Shown one piece after another: positions 47,347 to 57,479 of a DNA stretch of 64,000 bases (its first letter is position 1; each line of letters starts with the position of its first letter). Position numbers and translations under genes: made by a program. Source of the stretch: Acidobacteriota bacterium (GTDB lineage Bacteria > Acidobacteriota > UBA6911 > RPQK01 > JAJDTT01). Location of the stretch: contig OZ253580.1 of NCBI GenBank assembly GCA_965263035.1, positions 2,912,001-2,976,000 of the forward strand. Direction: 5' to 3'. The notes under the pieces were generated by a model, which was given only the letters and a program-made list of their open reading frames with translations, ran no database searches and was not told the DNA's origin.

Positions 47347-48273
47347 ATGGTCCAGAATAAGCGGGGAGAGGTGGAGCCTGCCCCCCCTCCCGGAAAGCTC
47401 AAGTCGCTCCTCAACAAAGTCCAGGCCGTCCTTGATCCCTACATCGGATCCTTCGTTGATAAAGGTAAGGATGATGTCAAAGCGATCCGGCAATACAAAG
47501 GGAGTAAACTCTGGAAGTCGGTCTTTCGTCACAAGCTGGATGACACGCCCCGCAACCGCTCACTGGCGGTTCTGACGAATGTCTTTCTGCACCTGCATCC
47601 TGCCAAGATCAACCGGGACGCCGTCCGCTTCCGGTTCACCTGGGGCATGGGAGGGCTCTCCTTCTACCTATTTCTGGTCCTGACCATCACCGGCATTTTC
47701 CTCATGTTCTACTACCACCCGACCAAGGGTCAGGCGTACGCGGACATCATGTATCTGCACAACGACGTCCCGTTCGGCGGGTTGCTGCGGAACATGCATC
47801 GCTGGGCCGCCCATCTGATGATCCTGACCGTGTGGCTCCACATGTTTCGGGTGTTTTTGACCGGGTCGTACAAGTCGCCGAGAGAGTTCAATTGGACCGT
47901 CGGAGTGATCTGTCTGGTTCTGACCCTGCTCCTCTCCTTCACCGGATACCTGCTGCCCGACGACCAATTGGGTTTCTGGGCGGTCACGGTGGGGACCAGC
48001 ATGGCCCGGGCCACACCGCTGCTGGGCCACGAGGGCCCGTTCGGTCCCGAGTTGGGAATCACGGCCTTCAACGACGTGAGGTTTGCCTTGCTGGGTGGGT
48101 CCATAGTGGACGCCAATGCCCTGTTGCGGGCCTACATCTGGCATTGCATCGCCATCCCCTTCATTCTCACGGCATTTCTGGCCGTCCATTTCTGGCGGGT
48201 GCGAAAGGACGGAAGCATTTCCGGTCCGGCGCCGGTCATGCTGGAGTCGGAGATCAAGCGCGTCAGGAGGTGA
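47347..48273 (+). CDS. cytochrome b N-terminal (b6-like split) subunit
   Basis: RNMHRWAAH..WLHMFRVF, YKSPREFNW, FTGYLLP, WHCI...AVHFWRVRK. Confidence 0.93.
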   Translation: MVQNKRGEVEPAPPPGKLKSLLNKVQAVLDPYIGSFVDKGKDDVKAIRQYKGSKLWKSVFRHKLDDTPRNRSLAVLTNVFLHLHPAKINRDAVRFRFTWGMGGLSFYLFLVLTITGIFLMFYYHPTKGQAYADIMYLHNDVPFGGLLRNMHRWAAHLMILTVWLHMFRVFLTGSYKSPREFNWTVGVICLVLTLLLSFTGYLLPDDQLGFWAVTVGTSMARATPLLGHEGPFGPELGITAFNDVRFALLGGSIVDANALLRAYIWHCIAIPFILTAFLAVHFWRVRKDGSISGPAPVMLESEIKRVRR

Positions 48274-48332
48274 GCTCCCCTAAGGCAGATCCTGGTGCAG
48301 GCTGCCTTGCCGGGTGAAGCGAGGACATTGAC

Positions 48333-49268
48333 ATGGATTGGTATCAGCTCTGGGCGATCGTCTCCCTACCCGACAACATTCCCATCGTGGCCATGATTGT
48401 GCTGGTGCCGTTCTTCTGCTGGTACGCGTTCCGGCAGGCGCTGGCCACCGACCGGATGATCGTGCAGTTGGAAGCCGACCCCAAGGCGGCCCGGGGCCAC
48501 TACCGGAAGATCGAGCCGTTTCGGGAAGGTTGGGAGCGAAAGCTCCACGTCTGGCCCTACCTGTTGAGGGTGGAATTGCTGGCCACCGTGATCGTCACGG
48601 TGATTCTGATGGTCTGGTCCATCACCCTCAACGCGCCGTTGGAGGAACCGGCCAATCCGAACCTGACCATGAATCCCTCCAAGGCGCCCTGGTACTTCCT
48701 GGGCCTGCAGGAGATGCTGGTCTATTTCGACCCCTGGATCGCCGGCGTCCTGATGCCGACGCTCATCATCGTCGGACTGATGGTCATCCCCTTTATCGAC
48801 ACCAACCCTCTGGGGAACGGCTACTACACCTTCCGCCAGAGGAGGTTCGCCATCCTGGCCTTCTGCTTCGGTTTTCTGCTCCTCTGGAGCGTCATGATCG
48901 TCATCGGGACCTTCATCCGCGGGCCGGGGTGGATGTGGTTCTGGCCCGGGGCCACCTGGGACCATCACCGTCTGATCTTCGAGACCAACCGGGACCTGCA
49001 TGAGTTGCTGGGCGTCACCCAGCAGCCATGGATCGCCTTGCTGGGCGCCGCCGCCGTCGGTCTCTATCTGGCGGTCTTCGGTTTTCTGCTCCACAAATTG
49101 ATCCTGTCCACAGAATTCAATCGGAAGATCTATGCCAGGATGACCCTGATCCAGTACGTCCTCCTGCAGACCCTGCTGCTGATCATGTTGGCGCTTCCGG
49201 TCAAGATCATTCTCAGGTTGGTTTTTCGCATCAAGTACGTCTGGGTGACCCCATGGTTCAACGTTTGA
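48333..49268 (+). CDS. cytochrome b C-terminal (subunit IV-like) protein
   Basis: APLEEPANP..NPSKAPWYFLGLQE, PFIDTNP. Confidence 0.88.
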   Translation: MDWYQLWAIVSLPDNIPIVAMIVLVPFFCWYAFRQALATDRMIVQLEADPKAARGHYRKIEPFREGWERKLHVWPYLLRVELLATVIVTVILMVWSITLNAPLEEPANPNLTMNPSKAPWYFLGLQEMLVYFDPWIAGVLMPTLIIVGLMVIPFIDTNPLGNGYYTFRQRRFAILAFCFGFLLLWSVMIVIGTFIRGPGWMWFWPGATWDHHRLIFETNRDLHELLGVTQQPWIALLGAAAVGLYLAVFGFLLHKLILSTEFNRKIYARMTLIQYVLLQTLLLIMLALPVKIILRLVFRIKYVWVTPWFNV

Positions 49269-52200
49269 TTGCGCTGCTCCGGCGCCCATTCACCCGGAAA
49301 GGGTCGCGCGGACCCTTCTGGGAACGACCGGTGCCGGAAAAAGATCCCATAGTCCATTCCACACTGGCTACTCCCATGGCGGTGAGTGCGCTCTTGCTGA
49401 TGGTGACACTCATCTGGGCCTTCTACGAAGAAGGTTGGGGCCTGAGGCCCTGGAGGGCCTACCAGGACGAGTTCGTCGAGCGTTATTCCACGTTTCTGAG
49501 AGGCCTGAAGCCGCGGCAGGCGAGCCAGGAAGAGGAGATCAAGTCTTTGGACGGATATCTGGACCTGCAGCGGCGGCAACAGGAAGCGGAAGCCGCCGTC
49601 ACGCCCCAACTGGCAGAGATCGCCACCGAGGAAGAAGCCATCGACACCAAGCTCCGGGCCATCGAAAAGACGTTCACCACTGCCCGAAGCGAGGTCCAGG
49701 CCACCATCTACCTGATCGAGACCACGTCCGGCTCCACCAGCGAGGGTCACGAAGAGGATCGCGAGCGACTGGAGCAGGGGCCCTTCGAGGTCCTCCTCCC
49801 CGGAGAAGATGCGCCTCGGGAACTGAACTACGCCGAGTTGGAGGGCATGTTCAATTCCCTGAAAGAACGGCAGGGACGGGTCCGGGCCCGGAAGGCGGTA
49901 GTGCTGCAGAGGCCGGGCCAGATCCGGCGGGAAATGCAGACCTACGTTTCGAACCGCATGGATGGGCTCACGGCCAGTCAGGTTCAAGGCCTGGTCAATT
50001 CGCTGGACGACTTCGAGTACGGAATCCAACAGATCCACAACGGGGACATGGGCTTGGTGGACCGCTGCGAATCGTGTCACCTGGGGATCACCGAGCCGGT
50101 CACGATCCGGGCCGCCGACATGGGCGGCATGGGACTTTTCACCAGTCATCCCCGGAAGGAGCTGTTGGACGTTCACGACCCGGAGGTGTATGGCTGCTCC
50201 CCCTGCCACAACGGGAACGGAATCGGAACCGTTAGTGCCGTGACGGGCCACGGACGGTACAAGCACTGGCTCTGGCCGCTCTACGCGCCCGAGAACATGG
50301 AAGCCGGCTGCATGCGATGCCACGGCGATGCCGCCCGGCTGGACATGGCTCCGGTGTTGAGCGCGGGCCGCGAACAGTTCCGGTGGCGCGGCTGTTGGGG
50401 CTGTCATCCCAGGCAGGGATTTGACCAGGAACGGCTGGCGTTGCGGATCAACCAGAAAGACGTTTCGACCTTGGAGACCGAAAAGGAGGCCGTCCGCCTG
50501 CTGATCGAGCGGACAGTGGCACGGGCCGACGAATCCGAAACCAATGAAGAAGCGAGCCGGCTCTACGCAGAGGCCGACCGTCTGACGCTGGCGGTGGCCG
50601 ACCTCGACACCAGGGCCGACCGGGAGCGGCAACGGGGCCGGCAACTTCTCGAAGAGGTCAAGACCCCCGGGCCGAATCTCAAGGAGGTTCGGGTCAAGGT
50701 GCGCCGCGACTGGCTGCCGGGATGGATCGAGAATCCCCACACATTCCGGCCCACCACCAAGATGCCTCGGTTTCGGCTGGAAGAGGATCAGGTCCAGGCG
50801 ATTGCGGCCTTCGTCTGGCAGTCGGGCGTCAACGGAGATCTTGAGGATCAAGCCCAGGGGGATCCGGAACTGGGCAAGGTCCTGTTCGAGACCCGAGGGT
50901 GCATGGCCTGCCATGCCATTGGCGAAGGCGATGATGCGGTCGGAGGGACCTTCGCGGCCAATCTGAGCCGTGTGGGCGACAAGGTGCACTATGACTACCT
51001 GGTGCGCTGGATCCACAATCCACGGGAGCGGACATTCCCCTATTGTCCGGTCCACCAGCGGGACATCACTCCCGAGGACTATGCGTCCGCCGGGAAACCG
51101 TTCGGTTTCGACCTTCAGGACAACGAATGTCCCCTGGGCACCCACATTCTCCAGGTGCAGAATCCCACGGTCATGCCCAACCTGCGTCTGTCCTGGGAGG
51201 AGAGCCGCGACATTGCGACCTACCTGAAGAGGCAAGCTCCCGGAACCGAATATGCTGCCGCGGCGTGGCTGGAGGATTCGGAACTGGCGCCCAGGGGGCG
51301 CGCCATGGTCCGCCACTTCGGCTGTGCCGGCTGCCACGAGATCGCGACGTTGGAGGAGGAAGGCAAGATCGGGACCGATCTCACGGAAGAGGGGAGCAAA
51401 CCTCTGGAGCGTCTCGACTTTGCGCTGCTCACCAAGACCGCCAAGCGGGAAGGTTGGTACAACCACAAGGGATTCTTCGAGCGGAAGCTGGAGAATCCGG
51501 CCGTCTACGACCAGGGCAAGATCAAGGAGCCGCTGGAGCGACTCCGGATGCCCAACTTCAATCTGGACCCGGAGAAGATCACCCAGCTCACCACCTACCT
51601 GTTGGGCAGCGTGCCGCCGGAGGACCGCGTTCCGGAGCGGTATCACTACCGGCCGCGGGACCAGAGGAGTCACATCCAAGAGGGCTGGGACATCGTTCTC
51701 AAGTACAACTGCATGGGTTGCCACCAAGTGGCGCCGGGACAGCAGCCCGTGGTCAAGAGCCTGCCTCTTTACCAACAAGAAGATTGGCGCGAGCAGCTGC
51801 CTCCCCCGTTGGTCGGGGAGGGGGCCAGAGTCAACCCCAACTGGTTGACTCGTTTCCTGAAGAACCCGGCTCTGGACGAGGAACGGCCTCACCGCAACGG
51901 GGTCCGGCCCTATCTCCAGATCCGGATGCCCACCTTCACACTCTCCAACGGGGAAGTGGAGAAGCTGGTGCGTTTCTTCGGGGCGCTGGCGCAGCAGCCG
52001 TTGCCCTATCTGGCCAAGACTCTGGACCCGCTATCGCAGCGGGAGCTGACCATGGCCCGCCAGCTCTTCACTCACCCGGCGGCGCCCTGCCTGCGGTGTC
52101 ACGCGACCGGCGACCCGCAGCATGACCGCAATGCGACGGCGCCCAGCTTCGCGCTGGTGAGTGAACGCCTGCAACCGGACTGGACGCGGCGCTGGATGGT

Positions 52201-52390
52201 CCATCCGGAGATCATACAGCCGGGGACCTCCATGCCCTCGGGATTGTTCGAGCGCGAGGAGAACCGGTGGATCTTCGCTCTGGCGGACCTCCCCATCATG
52301 AAGGACTACGAGAAGGACCACGCCGACCTTGTGCTACGATATATGTTCCAGTTCACGCTGCAGGAACAGCGTCGGCTCAGAGGTCGATGA
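49253..52390 (+). CDS. membrane-anchored octaheme c-type cytochrome
   Basis: Eight CxxCH motifs: CESCH, CSPCH, CMRCH, CWGCH, CMACH, CAGCH, CMGCH, CLRCH; N-terminal TM and coiled coils; start uncertain. Confidence 0.9.
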   Translation: MVQRLIALLRRPFTRKGSRGPFWERPVPEKDPIVHSTLATPMAVSALLLMVTLIWAFYEEGWGLRPWRAYQDEFVERYSTFLRGLKPRQASQEEEIKSLDGYLDLQRRQQEAEAAVTPQLAEIATEEEAIDTKLRAIEKTFTTARSEVQATIYLIETTSGSTSEGHEEDRERLEQGPFEVLLPGEDAPRELNYAELEGMFNSLKERQGRVRARKAVVLQRPGQIRREMQTYVSNRMDGLTASQVQGLVNSLDDFEYGIQQIHNGDMGLVDRCESCHLGITEPVTIRAADMGGMGLFTSHPRKELLDVHDPEVYGCSPCHNGNGIGTVSAVTGHGRYKHWLWPLYAPENMEAGCMRCHGDAARLDMAPVLSAGREQFRWRGCWGCHPRQGFDQERLALRINQKDVSTLETEKEAVRLLIERTVARADESETNEEASRLYAEADRLTLAVADLDTRADRERQRGRQLLEEVKTPGPNLKEVRVKVRRDWLPGWIENPHTFRPTTKMPRFRLEEDQVQAIAAFVWQSGVNGDLEDQAQGDPELGKVLFETRGCMACHAIGEGDDAVGGTFAANLSRVGDKVHYDYLVRWIHNPRERTFPYCPVHQRDITPEDYASAGKPFGFDLQDNECPLGTHILQVQNPTVMPNLRLSWEESRDIATYLKRQAPGTEYAAAAWLEDSELAPRGRAMVRHFGCAGCHEIATLEEEGKIGTDLTEEGSKPLERLDFALLTKTAKREGWYNHKGFFERKLENPAVYDQGKIKEPLERLRMPNFNLDPEKITQLTTYLLGSVPPEDRVPERYHYRPRDQRSHIQEGWDIVLKYNCMGCHQVAPGQQPVVKSLPLYQQEDWREQLPPPLVGEGARVNPNWLTRFLKNPALDEERPHRNGVRPYLQIRMPTFTLSNGEVEKLVRFFGALAQQPLPYLAKTLDPLSQRELTMARQLFTHPAAPCLRCHATGDPQHDRNATAPSFALVSERLQPDWTRRWMVHPEIIQPGTSMPSGLFEREENRWIFALADLPIMKDYEKDHADLVLRYMFQFTLQEQRRLRGR

Positions 52391-52477
52391 TCCACGATGG
52401 TCCGTGACATTAGGCGTCACGGACCGCAATGCTTAGACCGCCCGTTCGGGATAGACAATCTTCCGGGAGAGAAGACC

Positions 52478-53260
52478 ATGGAGAGAGCAAAGTTCATTTT
52501 CGTATTGATGGTGACTGGACTGCTATTGGCGTCATGCGGCGGCGGTGGCGGGGACGCGGAGCCCGTGGCCGACGAGGCTCCGGCGCCGGCGGCAGACATG
52601 AAGCCGGCTCCCGACCTGTCCCAGGCAGGCTCGGTGGCGGGCAAGGTCAGCTTCGGCGGCACTGCGCCGAAAAACGCCCGCATTCGCATGGATGCCGATC
52701 CGGTCTGCGTCAAGGAGCATTCAGGTATCGTGCGGAGTCAGGATATCCTGATCGGCGATGACGGCGCGTTGCTCAACACGTTCGTCTGGGTCAAGAGTGG
52801 TCTTGAGCAGTATGGCTTCGAGACGCCTGCCGAACCGGTCAGCCTGGACCAGAAGGGTTGCATCTATTCGCCCCACGTCCTGGGAATACAGACTCGGCAG
52901 AAGCTCCATGTGCTCAACAGCGACGGAACCACGCATAACGTTCATCCCCTTCCCAGGAACAACCGGGAGTGGAACCAGTCGCAGCGGGCCAAGGGCAAGC
53001 CTCTCATCCGGTCGTTCCCTCGCGCCGAGGTCATGATTCCGGTCAAGTGCAACGTGCATCCCTGGATGAAGAGCTATATCGGCGTCGTGCCGCATCCGTA
53101 CTTTTCCGTCACGGGAACCGACGGGGCCTTCGAGATCAAGAACCTGCCGCCGGGCGACTATGTCATCGAAGCATGGCACGAGAAGTTCGGAGCCCAGGAA
53201 CGGCAGGTGACGGTCCAGGCCAGCGAGGCCAAGGAAGTCAGCTTCGAGTTCTCCGGCTGA
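52478..53260 (+). CDS. lipoprotein with cupredoxin-like and carboxypeptidase-regulatory-like domains
   Basis: Lipobox LLASC; DQKGC, HNVH, KCNVHPWM. Confidence 0.82.
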   Translation: MERAKFIFVLMVTGLLLASCGGGGGDAEPVADEAPAPAADMKPAPDLSQAGSVAGKVSFGGTAPKNARIRMDADPVCVKEHSGIVRSQDILIGDDGALLNTFVWVKSGLEQYGFETPAEPVSLDQKGCIYSPHVLGIQTRQKLHVLNSDGTTHNVHPLPRNNREWNQSQRAKGKPLIRSFPRAEVMIPVKCNVHPWMKSYIGVVPHPYFSVTGTDGAFEIKNLPPGDYVIEAWHEKFGAQERQVTVQASEAKEVSFEFSG

Positions 53261-53347
53261 TCCGCATTCTTCGAGCATATTCGGGCCGACGGTCGGAATA
53301 CCGGTAGCCGTCGTGCCCGCGTCTGTTTTTCACACGGCAGTTCCCGC

Positions 53348-54289
53348 GTGGGAACCCAGAGTCTTCATATGGTGCATAGATTCGCGGTGGTGACCGCGGT
53401 GGCCACTTTCCTCCTGTTGGTGGCGGGAGCCCTGGTCACCAGTAACGACGCCGGCCTTTCGGTTCCGGACTGGCCCCTCTCCCACGGGAGTCTCATGCCC
53501 GAGATGGTGGGAGGTGTCTTCTACGAGCATTCCCACCGCTTGATCGCTGCGACGGTGGCGATTCTGACCTTGATTCTGGCTATCTGGCTGGGGCGTGTCG
53601 AGCGGCGCCGGCAGGTCCGGCGCCTGGCCTGGACCGCCGTAGGAATGGTCTTGGCCCAAGCTCTGCTGGGCGGCCTCACCGTACTGCTCTACCTGCCCGT
53701 CGCCATTTCGGTCCTGCATGCCTGTCTCGCCCAGCTGTTCTTCTGCACCGTGGCGGTCATCGCTCTGGTCACGTCTCCGGCCTGGAGGAACCGCAGCCTT
53801 TCCCGCTTTTGTCCCGGGGAAGACCGGAAAGAGGCTATTTTCTGCGGGTTGGCCACGGGGGCCGTCTACCTCCAGTTGATTCTGGGTGCGCTGGTCCGGC
53901 ACACGGGGGCCGCCGAGGGCAGCAAGGGAGTCACTCTGGTGACGCACCCGCTCCTGGCCCACCTGGGCGGCGCTGTCGTGGCGGGGGGCCTGCTGCTGAT
54001 GGCGGCGGCCAAGGTGCTCAGGAGTCCGAGCCTCAGGGGGTTTTCGGGCGGGGCGTACGCCCTCGTTTTTCTGGTGATGCTTCAGTTCCTGGTGGGTTTT
54101 GGTGCATTATGGGCGCGCGTCGTGAGAATGGGAGCAACGCAGCCGTTCCCGTTGGGCGTCCTTCTCACTACCTCGCACTTGGCGTTGGGGGCAATCCTGC
54201 TGGCAACGGGCCTGCTGCTCACCCTGCAGATCTCATTTTCGAACGCCGGTGATGCCGCGGAGTCGACTGCCGCGCCGGCGAGCCTTTGA
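53348..54289 (+). CDS. ctaA: heme A synthase (COX15/CtaA family)
   Basis: GALVTSNDAGLSVPDWP, YEHSHRL, QALLGGLTV, VLHACLAQ. Confidence 0.9.
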   Translation: MGTQSLHMVHRFAVVTAVATFLLLVAGALVTSNDAGLSVPDWPLSHGSLMPEMVGGVFYEHSHRLIAATVAILTLILAIWLGRVERRRQVRRLAWTAVGMVLAQALLGGLTVLLYLPVAISVLHACLAQLFFCTVAVIALVTSPAWRNRSLSRFCPGEDRKEAIFCGLATGAVYLQLILGALVRHTGAAEGSKGVTLVTHPLLAHLGGAVVAGGLLLMAAAKVLRSPSLRGFSGGAYALVFLVMLQFLVGFGALWARVVRMGATQPFPLGVLLTTSHLALGAILLATGLLLTLQISFSNAGDAAESTAAPASL

Positions 54290-54336
54290 ATGAGGGTCGG
54301 CGCCCCGGCCCAACCTGACGGCGTCCGTTACCGGAG

Positions 54337-55188
54337 TTGGACCGCATGTTGGCTTATCTGGAGTTGACGAAGCCTCGGGTCACGCTGATGGTGGCCCTGA
54401 CGGCCCTGGTCAGCTTCTATCTGGCTTCCACCAGCATCGATCTCGTTCTTCTGGTCCACACCATCGTGGGGACGACGCTCCTGGCCGCAGGTTGTGCGGT
54501 CTCGAACCAGTACCTGGAGCGAGACGTGGACGCGCGAATGCAACGGACCCGAAGCAGGCCGCTGCCGTCGGGCCGGATCACGCCGGCGAAGGCCCTGATT
54601 TTCGGAGTGGTCCTCACCTTGGGCGGAGGGCTCTATCTGGGGGCGACGGCGAATCTGCTCACCGCAGGCTTGGGATTGGCGTCCGCCGCGCTCTACCTTT
54701 TCGGCTACACACCCTTCAAGAAAAAGTCGCCCCTCTGTACCACCATCGGCGCCTTCCCGGGTGCGGCTCCCGTGCTCCTGGGCTGGGCGGGAGCCAGAGG
54801 CACGTTGGATCCGGAGGCGTGGATCCTCTTCGCCATGCTCTTCCTCTGGCAGTATCCTCATTTTCTGGCGATCGCGTGGGTCTACCGGGACGACTATCGG
54901 CGAGGGGGGTTCCGGATGTTGCCTAAGATGGACCCCGGGGGAAGGAAGACAGCGCGGCAGATCCTGATCTTCATCCTGCTGTTGGTACCCGTCAGCCTGC
55001 TTCCAACCCAGGTGGGGCTCAGCAGCTCTCTGTACGCGGCCGGCGCCATCGTCCTGGGGGGTGTGCTCCTCTGGTCAGGCCTCCGTGTGAGCAGGACCCG
55101 GTCCCGCGCCGCGGCTCTCAATCTCCTCAAGACCTCCGTGGTCTATCTCCCCCTCCTCATGGCCCTGATGGCGCTGGATCGGATCTGA
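54337..55188 (+). CDS. ctaB: protoheme IX farnesyltransferase
   Basis: ELTKPRVT, NQYLERDVDARMQRTRSRPLPSG, WQYPHF, DYRRGG. Confidence 0.95.
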   Translation: MDRMLAYLELTKPRVTLMVALTALVSFYLASTSIDLVLLVHTIVGTTLLAAGCAVSNQYLERDVDARMQRTRSRPLPSGRITPAKALIFGVVLTLGGGLYLGATANLLTAGLGLASAALYLFGYTPFKKKSPLCTTIGAFPGAAPVLLGWAGARGTLDPEAWILFAMLFLWQYPHFLAIAWVYRDDYRRGGFRMLPKMDPGGRKTARQILIFILLLVPVSLLPTQVGLSSSLYAAGAIVLGGVLLWSGLRVSRTRSRAAALNLLKTSVVYLPLLMALMALDRI

Positions 55189-55201
55189 GGGAAGGACGCC
55201 T

Positions 55202-56179
55202 GTGCTAACGCCTGCCTCCCAGCCCACGGGGCCCGAATCGAAGGCCAAGGCCGCCGCTTCGGCAGCCTTCGTCGAGGTCCGGGATCTCGCCTTCCGTTAC
55301 GGTGACCGAAAGGCCCTGGACGGGATCAGCTTTTCCCTGGACCGGCGGCGGATTCTGGGGCTGTTGGGACCCAACGGCTCCGGAAAGACCACCCTTTTCC
55401 GGATTCTCTGCACGTTGTTGCAACCTCAGGCCGGACAGGTGCGGTTGGCGGGTCTGGATCTGGAGAGGGATCCGGCCGGGGTCCGGCGCCGCATGGGTGT
55501 CGTCTTCCAGACCAACAGTCTCGACCAGGAATTGACCGTGGCCGAGAATCTGGCTTGCCAGGGCCACCTGCATGGTCTACGCGGCGCACGTCTCAAAGGC
55601 AGGATCGACGAGTTGGTGGAGCGGTTCGATCTCGGTGGGAGGCGGAACTCCCGCATCCGAAGTCTTTCCGGCGGGATGCGGCGGCGGGCCGAACTGGCCA
55701 AAGGGCTGTTGCATCGTCCCCAGATCCTGCTGCTGGATGAGCCCACGGCGGGGCTGGATCCTCATATTCGCCAAGAATTCTGGGAACATCTGACCGACCT
55801 TCGCGACTCGGCCGGGATCACCATCCTCTTCACGACCCATCTGATGGAAGAAGCGGAGGTTTGCGATCGCCTCGTCATCCTGGACCAGGGGCGGGTCGTG
55901 ACCGAGGGGAGCCCGGTGGAGCTCAAGGAAAGGATCGGAGGCGACGTGATCGTCCTGCGTTCCCGCGACCCCAATAGTCTGAAAGCGCGAATCCAGGGGC
56001 GGTTTCAGAGTTCCGTATCGGTGGTGAACGGGGCGGTCCGGATGGAACAGCATCGAGGCCACGAGCTGATCCGGGATCTGATGGAAGAGTTCTCGGGTGA
56101 GATCCAGGCGATCTCGCTGGGCAAACCGACCCTGGAAGACGTCTTCATCCGGGAGACGGGCCGAGAATTTCAAGGCTAG
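55202..56179 (+). CDS. ABC transporter ATP-binding protein (DrrA-like)
   Basis: GPNGSGKTT, LSGGMRRR, LLDEPTAGLDP, TTH, PTLEDVF. Confidence 0.93.
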   Translation: MLTPASQPTGPESKAKAAASAAFVEVRDLAFRYGDRKALDGISFSLDRRRILGLLGPNGSGKTTLFRILCTLLQPQAGQVRLAGLDLERDPAGVRRRMGVVFQTNSLDQELTVAENLACQGHLHGLRGARLKGRIDELVERFDLGGRRNSRIRSLSGGMRRRAELAKGLLHRPQILLLDEPTAGLDPHIRQEFWEHLTDLRDSAGITILFTTHLMEEAEVCDRLVILDQGRVVTEGSPVELKERIGGDVIVLRSRDPNSLKARIQGRFQSSVSVVNGAVRMEQHRGHELIRDLMEEFSGEIQAISLGKPTLEDVFIRETGREFQG

Positions 56180-56338
56180 GAGTCTGCGCGGTAGAAATGA
56201 TCGTAGCGAGAAAGTGGGGAATCGAGGCCGGATTTTCTCGATTTTGAGGTGCATAGTTGTTCTATTCGCCGAGAAATCGGGGAAATATGGACCGATTCTA
56301 CCGCTTTCGCAGTAGATCAATTTCTGCGGCGCAGGCTC
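56180..56338. mobile_element. MITE family A copy 2 (159 bp)
   Basis: Near-identical to 22032-22190; flanked by CTAG/TTAG, which contain the two convergent stop codons. Confidence 0.87.
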
Positions 56339-56821
56339 TTAGGCCGAGGCGATTTCCCGATAGCGGCCCCGGTAGAATAGAAGGGGTTCCGCCTCGGAGT
56401 CACCGAGACGGGCGACTCGGACTTCCCCTACCAGGATCACGTGATCTCCTCCGGCATACTGGTGGACGGTCTCGCACTCGAACCAGGCCATGGATCCCGT
56501 CACCACGGGGACACCCGTCCGACCGGGAGCATAGGGCCCCTGAGACCGGTCGGTTCCGCGGCTGGCGAAATGATTGGAAACGTCCTGCTGGTCTCTTGTC
56601 AGGATGTTTACGGCGAAGCGGCCGCTCTCCAGGAAGATGTCCAGTCCGGTGAGGCCGTTGTCCAGACAGATCAGGACCAGCGGGGGATCCAGGGAAACGG
56701 AAGTGAAAGAGTTGACGGTGAGGCCGTAGGGGCCGCCCTCCCGATCCTGAGTCGTGACCACCATCACGCCCGTGGCGAAACAACCGGCAACCTTGCGAAA
56801 AAGATCCGCAGAGACTTCCAT
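56339..56821 (-). CDS. flavin reductase family protein
   Basis: FATGVMVVT, GLTVNSFTSVSLDPPL, GGDHVILVG. Confidence 0.93.
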   Translation of the reverse strand: MEVSADLFRKVAGCFATGVMVVTTQDREGGPYGLTVNSFTSVSLDPPLVLICLDNGLTGLDIFLESGRFAVNILTRDQQDVSNHFASRGTDRSQGPYAPGRTGVPVVTGSMAWFECETVHQYAGGDHVILVGEVRVARLGDSEAEPLLFYRGRYREIASA

Positions 56822-56939
56822 GCGTCCTCAGGAGGCGAGACTATACCAGTTGGTTTCTTCCGGGACCAACTGCCGGACTCGTCGGCGACAGGTGTTTCCG
56901 TACTGGTTCCGGCAATTGAGAAACACTCGAGGTGACCGG

Positions 56940-57479
56940 ATGCCGAGAAGCTTCTTCATAACGCTCGCCAGCCTGCTGCTGGTCTCGACTTTGGCGCTGG
57001 GGCAAGAGCCGGGAATAGGCGATCGAGTGCCGGAACTCGCAATCGAGAAGTTGCTCCGGGGCCCGGCCGACAATGATCTGAGTTGGAGGACCCTGGAGGG
57101 GCGGGCGGTGGTTCTGGAGTTCTGGGCCACATGGTGCGGACCGTGTGTACGAGCCATCCCTCATCTCAACGAACTCACGGAGAGATTCTCGGACCAGCCC
57201 GTCCGGTTCGTCTCCATAACGGACGAGGAAGAAGCCGTCATCCGACCCTTCCTGGAATCTCAGCCCATATCCGGCTGGGTTGGATTGGATCTCGACAGGT
57301 CCGTCTTTCGGGATTACGCGGTGGTAGGCGTCCCTCATATGGTGCTGGTGGACAAGGAAGGCCTCATTCGAGCGGTCACTATGTCCGACCGCGTGACCGA
57401 AAAGACCTTGCTCGATCTGATCGAGGGTCGAATTCCCGACGTGGTTCGGTTCACGGACCACGACTCGTCTGTTCCGTAG
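56940..57479 (+). CDS. TlpA/redoxin family protein
   Basis: Signal peptide; LEFWATWCGPC. Confidence 0.87.
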   Translation: MPRSFFITLASLLLVSTLALGQEPGIGDRVPELAIEKLLRGPADNDLSWRTLEGRAVVLEFWATWCGPCVRAIPHLNELTERFSDQPVRFVSITDEEEAVIRPFLESQPISGWVGLDLDRSVFRDYAVVGVPHMVLVDKEGLIRAVTMSDRVTEKTLLDLIEGRIPDVVRFTDHDSSVP

